DNA of 24,000 bases from an uncultured Intestinibacillus sp. GTDB lineage: Bacteria > Bacillota > Clostridia > Oscillospirales > Butyricicoccaceae. The position numbers and the translations under genes are program-made. This document shows, piece by piece, positions 1-9,645 of the stretch (positions are counted from its first letter, which is position 1; each line of letters begins with the position of its first letter). The notes under the pieces are model-generated. The model was not told the origin of the DNA. It saw nothing but the letters and a program-made list of their open reading frames with translations, and ran no database searches. Where the stretch lies: contig CAZOJP010000001.1 in NCBI GenBank assembly GCA_964580155.1, positions 57,630 to 81,629 on the forward strand, read 5' to 3'.

Positions 1-795
1 CAAACGACCGGGGCCAGCGTTAACCTTCGCACGACTGCAGGCGGCGCGGTTATGACCTGCCTGCCCCAGAACGCGAAGCTTGCAGTCATCGATAATTCCG
101 GTGATTGGTACAAGGTTGCGGCATATGGCATGACAGGCTATGTCAGCGGTCAATACGTTCAGGGCATCCCTGATTGCGACTTCACGCTGGGCACCGCTAC
201 GGTCACCTGTGACACCACCGTAAACGTACGCTCCCTTCCGAGCACAGACGGCGATGTGCTGGCCAGCGTCTCCAACGGCGGCGTTGTCTGGGTGGTTGGC
301 GTGGAAAAAGACTGGTATAAGGTCACCGTCGGCGACGTGACCGGTTACATGGCTGCCCCGTATGTGTACATAAATAGCCGTATGACGAACAGCACTTCGC
401 GCGGCGATTCTTCCGAAGCCTCTGCTCTGCGTAGCAAAGTATTGAGTTTTGCCGCAAAATACCTAGGTACACCCTATGTCTATGGCGGCAGCTCTCCAAG
501 CGGCTTTGACTGCTCCGGTTTTACCTCCTACGTCTATCGCAACACCGTGCGCTCAATCCCGCGCACAGCAACTTCCCAGCGCAATGCGTTGACCTCGGTC
601 TCCATGTCTGAGCTGCAGCCCGCTGATCTCGTATTCTTTGGTTCCGGCGGAGCAATCAGCCATGTAGGTATTTATGTCGGGGATGGAAAGTTCATCCACT
701 CCCCCCACACAGGTTCCTCTATCAAGTATGATACTCTGTGGAGCGGCAACTATAACCGCCGTTTTGTAAGCGGTGGACGCGTTATTTTTGATTGA
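1..795 (+). CDS. SH3b-repeat NlpC/P60 (C40) peptidoglycan endopeptidase, 5' end outside window
   Basis: Frame 1 is open from base 1 (QTTGASVNLRTTAGGAV precedes the listed Met at 52). Two SH3b-like repeats (VNxR...DWYKV...GYxxxxYV) are followed by the NlpC/P60 core GTPYVYGGSSPSGFDCSGFTSYVY ... ISHVGIYVGDGKFIHSP. A hairpin terminator follows. Confidence 0.85.
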   Translation, partial: QTTGASVNLRTTAGGAVMTCLPQNAKLAVIDNSGDWYKVAAYGMTGYVSGQYVQGIPDCDFTLGTATVTCDTTVNVRSLPSTDGDVLASVSNGGVVWVVGVEKDWYKVTVGDVTGYMAAPYVYINSRMTNSTSRGDSSEASALRSKVLSFAAKYLGTPYVYGGSSPSGFDCSGFTSYVYRNTVRSIPRTATSQRNALTSVSMSELQPADLVFFGSGGAISHVGIYVGDGKFIHSPHTGSSIKYDTLWSGNYNRRFVSGGRVIFD

Positions 796-801
796 ATTTT
801 C

Positions 802-833
802 CGACGGACAGCACTTCGCTGTCCGTCGTTTTT
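802..833. terminator. Intrinsic terminator between convergent genes
   Basis: CGACGGACAGC-acttc-GCTGTCCGTCG followed by TTTTT on the plus strand. Sits directly after the NlpC/P60 stop and touches the stop of the minus-strand gene. Confidence 0.6.
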
Positions 834-1392
834 ATGTGCGTAGCTGAATTCCGCCGTCAAGCAGCTGTATCTGCGTATAAGAATCTGCCGCCTGATGCAG
901 CATCTCGTTGACTGTTTCGTTGAGTATGCTCAGCCATTCCGGTGGAATATGGCCGACGGGCACTGCAACATCGCCAAGCTTTAGTTCGCTGGGTGTCAAC
1001 CGAAGTGCTGCATCGTCGCACAGCGCCGTAAACTGTATCGATAAGGCGATTTTCTCAGGCATCCATAGCAGAACTGCATGCGGCACCCCCAGCTGCATCA
1101 GTACCTGTTTGCGCAGCATCCCCTTTGCAGTTATAATCCCTTCTTTTTGCAGCACAATATCTATTTCTTGAAGCGGCACTTCCGCAGGCAGCTTTTCCGA
1201 AAGATATTTGACAACGTCTTGCTCGGATAGATAAATCATGTCTTTCTTTTGCTCCTGAGACGAAATCTGTCCCTTATATGGTGTGTGCGCCGGCAACGGC
1301 TGATATAGCAGCATGCGCCCGATCAGCACAAGGCTGATCAGCACGCACACGCCCAGAATCAAAGTATATCCGAAGTTTTTTTCGTGATCCAT
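832..1392 (-). CDS. N-terminally membrane-anchored hypothetical protein
   Basis: 186-aa ORF with one N-terminal hydrophobic helix (FGYTLILGVCVLISLVLIGRMLLY) and a soluble remainder. Ordinary amino-acid composition. Family not recognised. Confidence 0.6.
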   Translation of the reverse strand: MDHEKNFGYTLILGVCVLISLVLIGRMLLYQPLPAHTPYKGQISSQEQKKDMIYLSEQDVVKYLSEKLPAEVPLQEIDIVLQKEGIITAKGMLRKQVLMQLGVPHAVLLWMPEKIALSIQFTALCDDAALRLTPSELKLGDVAVPVGHIPPEWLSILNETVNEMLHQAADSYTQIQLLDGGIQLRT

Positions 1393-1527
1393 AGGTCTCC
1401 CCCTCCCTCTTCCCTATTAGCTTATGCGGACGGGCTGTGATTTAGACCCATGTCAGGAACCTCTTGCAGATCAATGCATAATCTGTTAATGAAGTTATCC
1501 TTCAAATACTATATGGAGGTAGTATAC

Positions 1528-2430
1528 ATGGCTGAAAGAATCACCCCAGGCCCGGTCAGCGGAAATGCTTGTATTCGGGAGGCGGTTTGTGTTCATACGA
1601 CGAAAGTCTATGACTCTTGCAAGAGTAAAGAGTGCATCCGCGATCTGCGCGTTTACCTCACTGCTGAATCTCAGGAATTTATTGATCGCGGTGCCGTTAC
1701 GGTAAGACCGCGGCAGGCAGAGCTGCTTTGCGTGTGCATTGACGTGGAACAGGTACAGTTTAACCGCGGATTTTATTCCGTTGACGTTCGTTTCTTCTAT
1801 CGCATCACGGTAGAGGCGAGCTGCCCCGTTGGCCGCCCGCAGATTATTGAAGGCCTTGCAGTCGCCGACAAGCGCGTCATTCTGTTCGGCAGCGAAGGCG
1901 GAGCACGTATTTTCTCCTCAAGCTATGTCAGCGGTCGTCCGGACATCCAGCTGCATCAGCGCAGCAACAAGCCCAAGGCGGTTGTCGAAGTTGTCGATCC
2001 CGTCATTTTAGACGCGAAAATCGTCGAATCTCGCTGCAAATGCGGCTGCTGCTGCGATCTCTCGGAAGTGCCGAACTGCATTTGCGATCTGTTTGGCGCG
2101 GACATTATTTTAGGCGATGATATGCGCCGTCTGTACGTCACGATCGGCCAGTTCTGCATCATCCGCCTCGAGCGCGATATTCAGCTCCTGATGCCTGCGT
2201 ATGACATCTGCCTGCCGGAGCGCGATTGCTCCGCAAGCGGCGGCGGCGAACAACAGGATCCCTGCGATGTGTTTGATCAATTCAAATTCCCGATTGATGA
2301 GTTCTTCCCGCCCTGCCCAGACCAACGCCCCGGCGGCGGGTGCAACTGCGGATGTGATTTCCTTTGCGGATCTGCACCGGAACCTCGCGGCGCGGAGCAA
2401 GGTGCAGGCTGCTGCCGCAAGCCTCGCTAA
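1528..2430 (+). CDS. Cysteine-rich hypothetical protein (300 aa, 25 Cys)
   Basis: GGAGG at 1515-1519 lies 8 nt before ATG 1528, in frame with the longer listed ORF from 1450. Cys clusters include CKCGCCCD, CICD, CNCGCDFLC and GCC. No signal peptide or TM segment. Followed by a strong hairpin terminator. Confidence 0.7.
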   Translation: MAERITPGPVSGNACIREAVCVHTTKVYDSCKSKECIRDLRVYLTAESQEFIDRGAVTVRPRQAELLCVCIDVEQVQFNRGFYSVDVRFFYRITVEASCPVGRPQIIEGLAVADKRVILFGSEGGARIFSSSYVSGRPDIQLHQRSNKPKAVVEVVDPVILDAKIVESRCKCGCCCDLSEVPNCICDLFGADIILGDDMRRLYVTIGQFCIIRLERDIQLLMPAYDICLPERDCSASGGGEQQDPCDVFDQFKFPIDEFFPPCPDQRPGGGCNCGCDFLCGSAPEPRGAEQGAGCCRKPR

Positions 2431-2499
2431 CGCAGCGTTCGCCTAACCCGGCACGATTGTTCCCCAAATCATAATATTCCAAAGGCAATTAAAATATAT

Positions 2500-2540
2500 C
2501 GGCAGGCAGCGCAAATGCGCTGCCTGCCGATTGATTTTTA
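2500..2540. terminator. Bidirectional intrinsic terminator
   Basis: 13-bp perfect stem CGGCAGGCAGCGC-aaat-GCGCTGCCTGCCG. T-rich runs follow on both strands. Lies between the convergent Cys-rich gene and the AI-2E transporter. Confidence 0.7.
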
Positions 2541-2568
2541 TACAGTTTTTTCTGAATCCATCCATATT

Positions 2569-3867
2569 TTACGCTTCATCATCCCGAACCGAAGTTTTGA
2601 CGCGCGTTTGCTCCTTGCCCTTTTCATAACACAGAACATGATTGTTACTCTCGATGTGATCAAGTCCAAAATACGCGCGGGTATCGTCTGTCAAATCTTT
2701 GCGGCGCAGAGAATGGTTCACCAGGCCGGATATCAGACTGTAAATAACCGCAAAAAGCGGCACGCCGACTACCATTCCGGTAAACCCGAAAAAACCACCG
2801 AATGTCAAAATTGCAAACATGACCCAAAAGCTCGAAAGGCCGGTCGAGTCGCCTAGGATTTTGGGTCCAAGGACATTGCCATCGAATTGCTGTAGCACCA
2901 AAATAAAAATGACAAACTTGAGGGCCGCAAGCGGATTGCTCAGCAAAATCAGCAGCGTACAGGGAATCGCGCCGATAAACGGCCCGAAAAACGGAATGAT
3001 ATTCGTCACACCGATGATAACGCTGATCAGCATCGGATATGGAAGTCGAAGCAGGGACATGCCAACGAAGCAAATAATGCCGATAATAAAGGAATCCAGC
3101 AGCTTTCCATTGATAAACCCGCCAAAGACGCGATGAACGAAACGCAGGTTATCAATCATGAGATTGCCGTGTGGCACACTAAAAATGCTATACGTCATCT
3201 TTTTGGACTGCGCCGCAAACAGTTCTTTGCTGTTGAGCACGTAAATACAAACAAACAAGCCGACCAGAATATCCTTGAAAAATGTAATGGTTTCCCACAG
3301 GCCATTCATGACAGAATTGAGTTGGTTGTTGATCTGTGGCAGCATATCCACCTTAATCCACTGCGTCAGTGTCGTGACGGCCTCCTCAGAAAAGTTTAAA
3401 ACAAAATCCTCGATCTTAGGATTGTTCGCCAGCGTGGTTTCCAGCCAAAGCGTAATCTTTCGAAAACTTTCCGGCAGTGTATCCACCAAGCCGATCACGC
3501 TTGCAATAAGCTGCGGCAGAACCATCCAAATCAGACCCGTGATAATAAGCAGTAAAAACAGAATCGACGTCGCGGTCGAACACGCTTTGGCGACGCGCTT
3601 TGCTTTCAAAGGGCTTTTCATATGCCGACGAAAAAAAGGCTCAATGTGCCGAGCTGCAAAGTTAAACACCGGCAGCAGCAAATATGCCATGGCCAGACCA
3701 TAGATAAAGGGCTTAAAGATAGCAGTCAGTCTCGCTAAAAAATGCCGCACAGATCCCATGCGAAAAAGGATAAAAAGTAAAATACCGCTGCAGGCGACTA
3801 CCCCCAACACAGTCAGTCCCCAATAGAGATATTTCTTATATGCACCATTTTTCATAGCTGCCTCCAC
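2569..3867 (-). CDS. AI-2E family (UPF0118, PerM/YtvI-like) integral membrane transporter
   Basis: 432 aa, multi-TM. Has the characteristic C-terminal region ...VTNIIPFFGPFIGAIPCTLLILL...LVLQQFDGNVLGPKILGDSTGLSSFWV. Confidence 0.85.
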   Translation of the reverse strand: MEAAMKNGAYKKYLYWGLTVLGVVACSGILLFILFRMGSVRHFLARLTAIFKPFIYGLAMAYLLLPVFNFAARHIEPFFRRHMKSPLKAKRVAKACSTATSILFLLLIITGLIWMVLPQLIASVIGLVDTLPESFRKITLWLETTLANNPKIEDFVLNFSEEAVTTLTQWIKVDMLPQINNQLNSVMNGLWETITFFKDILVGLFVCIYVLNSKELFAAQSKKMTYSIFSVPHGNLMIDNLRFVHRVFGGFINGKLLDSFIIGIICFVGMSLLRLPYPMLISVIIGVTNIIPFFGPFIGAIPCTLLILLSNPLAALKFVIFILVLQQFDGNVLGPKILGDSTGLSSFWVMFAILTFGGFFGFTGMVVGVPLFAVIYSLISGLVNHSLRRKDLTDDTRAYFGLDHIESNNHVLCYEKGKEQTRVKTSVRDDEA

Positions 3868-3945
3868 TTAACATCATTTCTATTAGTATATCACAGTTAC
3901 ACTGTATGAGAAAAGCCATATCTATCAAGTTCGCGGTGGTTTTCG

Positions 3946-4010
3946 AAAAAAGTGCAAATCTAAACCTCTAATGCGGTGCTCTAAGCTGCACGCACATCAG
4001 AGGTTTAGAT
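3946..4010 (-). terminator. Putative intrinsic terminator of the leu operon
   Basis: On the minus strand, ATCTAAACCTCT ... AGAGGTTTAGAT forms a 12-bp stem with a large loop. TTGCAC then TTTTTT follows, 19 nt after the leuB stop. Confidence 0.5.
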
Positions 4011-4028
4011 CAAGTTAAATGGCCATGT

Positions 4029-5099
4029 TTAAATTGCTTCTCGGATGAGTTTTCCCATTTCGCTGGTGGACAGCGCGGTATCGTCCTTTGCGGCAATGTC
4101 CGCGGTGCGGTAACCGGCATTGAGAACCTTTTCGACCGCAGCTTCAATCGCTTCCGCTTCCTTTGGCAGGGAGAACGAATACCGCAGCATCATTGCGCAC
4201 GACAGGATCGTTGCGATCGGATTCGCGATCCCCTTCCCCGCGATATCGGGCGCGGAGCCATGAATCGGCTCGTACATACCCTTGCCGCTTTCGTTCATAG
4301 ACGCGGACGGCAGCATGCCAATCGAGCCGGTGATCATGGATGCTTCATCCGACAGAATATCTCCGAACAGGTTGCCCGTTACGATAACGTCAAACTGACC
4401 GGGATTGCGTATCAGCTGCATCGCGCAATTGTCGACATACATATCGGAATATTCGACCTCGGGGTACTCGGCCCGAATGCGATGCATGGTTTCTCTCCAT
4501 ACGCGGCTGGTTTCCAACACATTCGCCTTGTCAACCGAGCAAATCTTTTTGCGGCGCTTCATCGCCATCTCAAAAGCACGGCGGCCGATGCGTTCGACCT
4601 CTGCGACAGAATAGTTCATGTCGTCATAACCGGTTTCACCGCCCTCGGATTGACGGCGGCCGTGTTCGCCGAAATAGACGTCACCAATCAGCTCGCGGCA
4701 AACCAGAATGTCAAATCCGTCCCCGATAATCTCCTGCTTAATCGGGCAGGCATCGGACAATGCTTGATGCATCTGCGCCGGCCGCAGATTGACGAACAAC
4801 CCCAGCGCGGCACGCAGGCCAAGCAGCGCCTTTTCCGGCCGCTTTTCGCTGGGCACCTCGTCCCATTTGGGGCCGCCGACGGCGCCGAGCAGTACGCTGT
4901 CTGCTGCCTTACAAATGTCGATGGTCTCCTGCGTTAACGGAATACCGTTTGCGTCAATCGAGCAGCCGCCCGCCAGTACTTCTTGAAAGGAAAAGGTATG
5001 TCCGAACTTTTGGCCGACAACCTCCAGGGTTTTCATCGCCTCCGTGACGATTTCTGGCCCGATACCGTCGCCCTTGACAACCGCAATGCTGTACTGCAT
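4029..5099 (-). CDS. leuB: 3-isopropylmalate dehydrogenase
   Basis: 356 aa. N-terminus MQYSIAVVKGDGIGPEIV and ...NLFGDILSD...GSAPDIAGKGIANP motifs typical of LeuB. Last gene of the leuACDB block. Confidence 0.95.
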   Translation of the reverse strand: MQYSIAVVKGDGIGPEIVTEAMKTLEVVGQKFGHTFSFQEVLAGGCSIDANGIPLTQETIDICKAADSVLLGAVGGPKWDEVPSEKRPEKALLGLRAALGLFVNLRPAQMHQALSDACPIKQEIIGDGFDILVCRELIGDVYFGEHGRRQSEGGETGYDDMNYSVAEVERIGRRAFEMAMKRRKKICSVDKANVLETSRVWRETMHRIRAEYPEVEYSDMYVDNCAMQLIRNPGQFDVIVTGNLFGDILSDEASMITGSIGMLPSASMNESGKGMYEPIHGSAPDIAGKGIANPIATILSCAMMLRYSFSLPKEAEAIEAAVEKVLNAGYRTADIAAKDDTALSTSEMGKLIREAI

Positions 5100-5101
5100 G
5101 C

Positions 5102-5596
5102 TTATTCCCCTCTTTCCTTGATTGAATTGAGCAGACCGCCCGAACGGATGATATTCTGAATGAATGGCGGAAATGCCGCCGCCTGATAGGACTCGCCTTT
5201 GGTTACGTTCGTGATCACGCCGGTGTCAAAGTCAATCGTGACCTCATTTCCCGCATCGATGCCGTTTGCCGCAGCTTCGCATTCCAAAATCGGCAGACCG
5301 ATATTGATGGCGTTGCGATAGAAAATGCGCGCAAACGAGCTTGCGATGACGCAGGATACGCCGTTTTCCTTGATGACAAGAGGCGCGTGCTCACGCGAAG
5401 AGCCGCAGCCGAAGTTGCGGGTCGCAACGATGATATCGCCTGTCTGCACCTTCTTCACAAATTCCGTGTCGATGTCCTCCATCGCGTGGGAGGACAATTC
5501 CCGCGTATCTGCAATATTCAGATAGCGCGCAGGAATGATGACGTCTGTATCGACGTTATCGCCATACTTAAAAACCTTACCTTGTGCTTTCATCAC
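5102..5596 (-). CDS. leuD: 3-isopropylmalate dehydratase small subunit
   Basis: 164 aa. [17 protein letters not shown] and [10 protein letters not shown] motifs. Lies 2 nt upstream of leuB. Confidence 0.95.
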   Translation of the reverse strand: MMKAQGKVFKYGDNVDTDVIIPARYLNIADTRELSSHAMEDIDTEFVKKVQTGDIIVATRNFGCGSSREHAPLVIKENGVSCVIASSFARIFYRNAINIGLPILECEAAANGIDAGNEVTIDFDTGVITNVTKGESYQAAAFPPFIQNIIRSGGLLNSIKERGE

Positions 5597-5606
5597 GCTG
5601 CTCTCC

Positions 5607-6869
5607 TTACTTCAGGTCGTCCGGCGCGCAGATATAGCCTGCAACAGCCGACGCGGCGGCAACCGCCGGACTTGCCAGATAAATTTCCGAGGTGATATGT
5701 CCCATACGCCCGACGAAATTGCGGTTGGTTGTCGCGACGGTTTTTTCTCCGTGGGCGAGGATGCCCATGTGGCCGCCAAGGCACGGGCCGCAGGTCGGTG
5801 TTGATAAAATCGCTCCTGCTTCCACAAAAATTTCCGCCAGTCCCTCGCGGATGCACTGGAGATAAACCGCCTGCGTTGCGGGAATCACGATCGTGCGCAC
5901 CCACTGCGCGACGTGCCGGCCCTTGAGGATTTCCGCAGCGATGCGCATATCCTCGATGCGTCCGTTCGTGCAGGAGCCGATGACCGACTGCTGAATTTCA
6001 ATGCGCTCCAGTTCGTCGATCGTCTTGGTGTTTTCCGGCAAATGCGGGCACGCAACCGTCGGGCGCAGCGCGGACAGATCGATTTCGTACGTTTTTTCAT
6101 AGACGGCATCGTCATCTGCCGTGAACTCACGAACGGGACGCTGTACCCGTTCCTGCATGTAAGCGCGTGTACGGTCGTCAACCGGAAAAATGCCGTTTTT
6201 GGCGCCCGCTTCGATTGCCATGTTGCAGATTGTAAAGCGGTCGTCCATCGACAGCGATGCAACGCCCTCTCCGGTAAATTCCATCGACTGGTAGAGTGCA
6301 CCGTCTACGCCGATCATGCCGATGATGTGCAAAATCACATCTTTCCCCGAAACATAGGGATTGAGCTTGCCCTTGAGCACAAAACGGATTGCGCTGGGCA
6401 CCTTAAACCATGCCTTGCCGGTTGCCATGCCTGCCGCGAGATCGGTCGAGCCGACACCGGTTGAAAACGCGCCGAGCGCGCCGTAGGTGCAGGTGTGGCT
6501 GTCCGCGCCGATGATCAGTTCGCCCGCCGCCACCAGGCCTTTTTCAGGCAGCAGCGCGTGCTCGATACCCATTTCTCCGACATCGAAAAAATGAACGATG
6601 TCGTGCTTCTTGGCAAATTCGCGGCACTCCAGGCACTGCTCCGCGGATTTGATATCCTTATTGGGTGTAAAGTGATCCATTACAAGTGCGATATGCTCCC
6701 GGTTCCACACCTTCGTAAAACCGGCCTTCTCCATCTCGCGAATCGCAACCGGACCTGTGATGTCATTGGCGAGCGTCAGGTCGATATGCGCCTCGATGAG
6801 CTGCCCTGTTGTAACCTCGTCCAAATCCGCGTGTGCGGCGAGGATCTTTTGCGTCATTGTCATTGCCAT
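5607..6869 (-). CDS. leuC: 3-isopropylmalate dehydratase large subunit
   Basis: 420 aa aconitase-family protein with [15 protein letters not shown] and [11 protein letters not shown] Fe-S ligand motifs. The exact start among Met 6869, 6863 and 6857 is uncertain. Confidence 0.95.
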   Translation of the reverse strand: MAMTMTQKILAAHADLDEVTTGQLIEAHIDLTLANDITGPVAIREMEKAGFTKVWNREHIALVMDHFTPNKDIKSAEQCLECREFAKKHDIVHFFDVGEMGIEHALLPEKGLVAAGELIIGADSHTCTYGALGAFSTGVGSTDLAAGMATGKAWFKVPSAIRFVLKGKLNPYVSGKDVILHIIGMIGVDGALYQSMEFTGEGVASLSMDDRFTICNMAIEAGAKNGIFPVDDRTRAYMQERVQRPVREFTADDDAVYEKTYEIDLSALRPTVACPHLPENTKTIDELERIEIQQSVIGSCTNGRIEDMRIAAEILKGRHVAQWVRTIVIPATQAVYLQCIREGLAEIFVEAGAILSTPTCGPCLGGHMGILAHGEKTVATTNRNFVGRMGHITSEIYLASPAVAAASAVAGYICAPDDLK

Positions 6870-6887
6870 GATTGTCTATCCCCCGTT

Positions 6888-8399
6888 TTAGTCGTTGAAA
6901 TACCGGTTAATGCCATTGATATAGGATTTGATGGATGCCTCTATGATGTCGGTCGATACGCCGCGTCCGGTCACAAACTCCTTGCTGCCGTTGATGGTCA
7001 GCTTCACGACCGCTTCGCACTGCGCGTCCTCGCCTTCGGTCAGAGCCTTCAGTGAATAATCCTCGAGCACGATGTCGTGTGCGACGATTTTGTTGATGGC
7101 ACGATATGCCGCATTGATCGGACCGGCATCCGCCGCGACGCGCTCGAACACTTCATCGCCCTTTTGCAGCGCGATCACCGCGGTCGATGTGATGGTATTG
7201 CCGCTGTTGATGACAAAATTCTTGAGGATATAGCGCTCTGCGCCGGATACGGGCGCGACGCCGATGAGTGCTTCGAGATCGCGATCCTTGATGGTTTTTT
7301 TCTTGTCCGCCAGTGCCTTGAACTTGTCAAACACCTTGTCGAGCTTCGCCTGATCCAGCGTGTAGCCCAAATCCTTCAGGCGCTCTTCAAAGGCATGACG
7401 GCCGGAGTGCTTGCCGAGCACAATTTCGTTCTGCGGAATACCAACCGATTCGGGTGTCATGATTTCGTAGGTTTCTTTATTGGCGAGCACACCGTGCTGA
7501 TGGATACCGGATTCGTGCGCAAACGCGTTCGCGCCGACGATGGGCTTGGTCGGTGCAACCGGCACGCCGGTGATGGTCTGAATCATACGGCTTGCGCGAT
7601 AGATCTGCTTGGTTTTGATGTTGCAGCCCACCCCGAAATAGGGTTTGCGCGTATTGAGTGCCATAACGCACTCTTCCATCGATGCGTTGCCCGCGCGCTC
7701 ACCGATGCCGTTGATGGTGCACTCGATCTGATTTGCGCCTGCTTGCACCGCGGCGAGCGAATTTGCAACCGCCATGCCCAGATCATTGTGGCAATGGCAT
7801 GAAATCGTGCAGTTTTCGATGCCTGCGGTATGCTCACGCACATATTTGATGCGAGAGAAAATTTCCTCGGGAATCATATAGCCGACTGTATCCGGAATGT
7901 TGAGTGTTGTTGCGCCCGCCCGAATTGCGGTTTCAAGCGCACGGCACAGAAAGTCCAGGTCGGAGCGGCATGCATCCTCCGCAGAAAATTCAACATCCGG
8001 GCAATACTGCTTGGCATATGCCACATGGTGCGCGATGCTCTCGATGACCTCATCGGGTGTCATTTTCAGCTTATACTGCATGTGCAGCGGACTGGTCGCC
8101 AGAAAAACATGGATGCGCGCGGAATTTGCTTTGCGGATGGCATTCCATGCCGCATCGATGTCCTTTTCCACGCAGCGCGCGAGCGAGCAGATTGTCGAAC
8201 CCTTTACGATGTCTGCAATCGCCGCAATCGCCGCCGCGTCACCGGGAGACGCGATCGCAAAGCCGGCTTCAATGATGTCTACGCCCATGATTTCGAGTTC
8301 CTTGGCAACTTCCAGTTTTTCACCGAGGTTCATGCTGCAGCCTGGAGACTGCTCGCCATCGCGCAGGGTTGTGTCAAAAATCTTTACGGTTCTTTCCAT
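6888..8399 (-). CDS. leuA: 2-isopropylmalate synthase
   Basis: 503 aa. VKIFDTTLRDGEQSPG and HCHNDLGMAVANSLAAV motifs, plus a C-terminal LeuA dimerisation/regulatory domain. Confidence 0.95.
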   Translation of the reverse strand: MERTVKIFDTTLRDGEQSPGCSMNLGEKLEVAKELEIMGVDIIEAGFAIASPGDAAAIAAIADIVKGSTICSLARCVEKDIDAAWNAIRKANSARIHVFLATSPLHMQYKLKMTPDEVIESIAHHVAYAKQYCPDVEFSAEDACRSDLDFLCRALETAIRAGATTLNIPDTVGYMIPEEIFSRIKYVREHTAGIENCTISCHCHNDLGMAVANSLAAVQAGANQIECTINGIGERAGNASMEECVMALNTRKPYFGVGCNIKTKQIYRASRMIQTITGVPVAPTKPIVGANAFAHESGIHQHGVLANKETYEIMTPESVGIPQNEIVLGKHSGRHAFEERLKDLGYTLDQAKLDKVFDKFKALADKKKTIKDRDLEALIGVAPVSGAERYILKNFVINSGNTITSTAVIALQKGDEVFERVAADAGPINAAYRAINKIVAHDIVLEDYSLKALTEGEDAQCEAVVKLTINGSKEFVTGRGVSTDIIEASIKSYINGINRYFND

Positions 8400-8440
8400 G
8401 TTTGTCCTCTCTTTCTTAAATGACAGGTTAATCTGGGGAC

Positions 8441-8712
8441 AAAAAAGCTTCGCCCCTTAATAAAATTAAGAGACGAAGCTTGAATACTCCGCGGTACCAC
8501 TCTCGTTGTCATATAGATATGACCACTCAGTGCACATCAAACAATGTGCCGCCCCGATAACGGTGGGCTTCCGGTACGGCCTACAGGAAAATCTTTCAGC
8601 CAACTGCTCCCGGGCGAGTTTCACCCCACTGCGCTATTGCCTCACACCAACCGGCAACTCTCTGTAAGCTACGCGCGATTACTTTACCCATTCATCACAT
8701 TTATATTTAATA
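8441..8712 (-). promoter_or_regulatory. T-box riboswitch leader, leucine-specific (CUC specifier)
   Basis: Read on the minus strand. Stem I contains CAGAGAGTTGCCGGTTGGTGTGAGGCAA. The specifier loop is GAAACUCGCC, with CUC at 8616-8618. The T-box core is AACGAGAGUGGUACCGCGG (8490-8505). The terminator is AAGCTTCGTCTC-loop-GGGGCGAAGCTT plus TTTTTT (8441-8481), directly upstream of leuA. Confidence 0.85.
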
Positions 8713-8719
8713 TGCTCTC

Positions 8720-8748
8720 ATCATACCCGCACTGCCTCTTAATGTCAA
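8720..8748 (-). promoter_or_regulatory. Sigma-A-type promoter of the leu leader
   Basis: Minus strand TTGACA (8743-8748), a 17-nt spacer, then TATGAT (8720-8725). Starts 13 nt downstream of the hslO stop. Confidence 0.6.
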
Positions 8749-8760
8749 GCACTTTTTTAT

Positions 8761-9645
8761 TTATCGTGTACTTGCCTGCTGCAAAATCGTATGCAGCTCC
8801 TCCGCGGTAAAGCCATAAACACGGTCACAGAACTGACAGGTGATCTCAGAGTGCTCCTGCTCCTCTGCAAGCTGCGTCAGCTCCTCACGTCCCATGCTGA
8901 TGAGTGCGCGCGTCACCTTATCGCGGCTGCACGCGCAGCGGTATTCGACCGGCTCCGCTTCAAAGAACTCCACCTGAAAGCCATCCAACACAGCGTGAAT
9001 CATGGCATACAAATCCATACCGCGCTCAAACATACCCGTCACCGAGCCTGCGGCGGCAATGTTTTGCTCCAAGCGTGTGATTTGCTCGTCCGTCACACCG
9101 GGCATGAGCTGCACCAGATAGCCGCCCGCCTGCTTGACGCTGCAATCGACATCAATCAGCACACCGAGCGCGCATGCAGAAGGAATCTGCTCGCTCTCGA
9201 CAAAATAACGCGTGATATCCTCTGCGATTTCGCCGGTGACAAGCGCGACCGTGCCCGTGACCGGCTCCTTCATACCGATATCCTTGATAACCATCAGGTA
9301 TCCGCGTCCGACCGCGCCGCCGACGTCGAGTTTGCCGTCTGCGCGCAGCGGAAGATCGACCGCAGGGTTTTGCAAATATCCGCGCACATTTCCTGCGGCA
9401 TCGGAAACCGCAACAATCGCGCCCGCTTCGCCATTGCCCTTGACCTGTACGGTAATTGAGCCCTCCGGGTTTTTGAGCTGATTGCCCATCATGGAGGCGG
9501 CGGTCAGCGTGCGGCCGAGCGCGGCGGTCGCGAGCGGGGTCGTATGATGGATGCAGCGTGCGCGCTCCACCATATCGTGGGATTTGATTGCGGTGATCTG
9601 AATACCGGCATCCTTGGTGATCGCACGGATCAGCATATCGTTCAT
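8761..9645 (-). CDS. hslO: Hsp33 redox-regulated chaperone
   Basis: 294 aa. C-terminal zinc centre CACSRD ... CQFCDRVY, typical of Hsp33. The ATG overlaps the stop of the upstream methyltransferase (ATGA). Confidence 0.9.
   Translation of the reverse strand: MNDMLIRAITKDAGIQITAIKSHDMVERARCIHHTTPLATAALGRTLTAASMMGNQLKNPEGSITVQVKGNGEAGAIVAVSDAAGNVRGYLQNPAVDLPLRADGKLDVGGAVGRGYLMVIKDIGMKEPVTGTVALVTGEIAEDITRYFVESEQIPSACALGVLIDVDCSVKQAGGYLVQLMPGVTDEQITRLEQNIAAAGSVTGMFERGMDLYAMIHAVLDGFQVEFFEAEPVEYRCACSRDKVTRALISMGREELTQLAEEQEHSEITCQFCDRVYGFTAEELHTILQQASTR

Noticed and set aside
1477-1485. CATAATCTG upstream of the Cys-rich gene, and CATACTAAG at 20126-20134 upstream of DUF1540, as SigK/SigE-type -10 elements
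   Set aside because: Each matches only the CATA core. There is no convincing -35 partner. Such short motifs occur by chance.
5913-8460. Several long plus-strand ORFs (183-241 aa) opposite leuC and leuA
   Set aside because: They are antisense shadows of highly conserved genes, with Arg/Ala/His-rich, non-protein-like sequences.
8544-8810. 88-aa plus-strand ORF between leuA and hslO
   Set aside because: It overlaps the T-box leader on the opposite strand, and the RNA structure explains the sequence conservation better.
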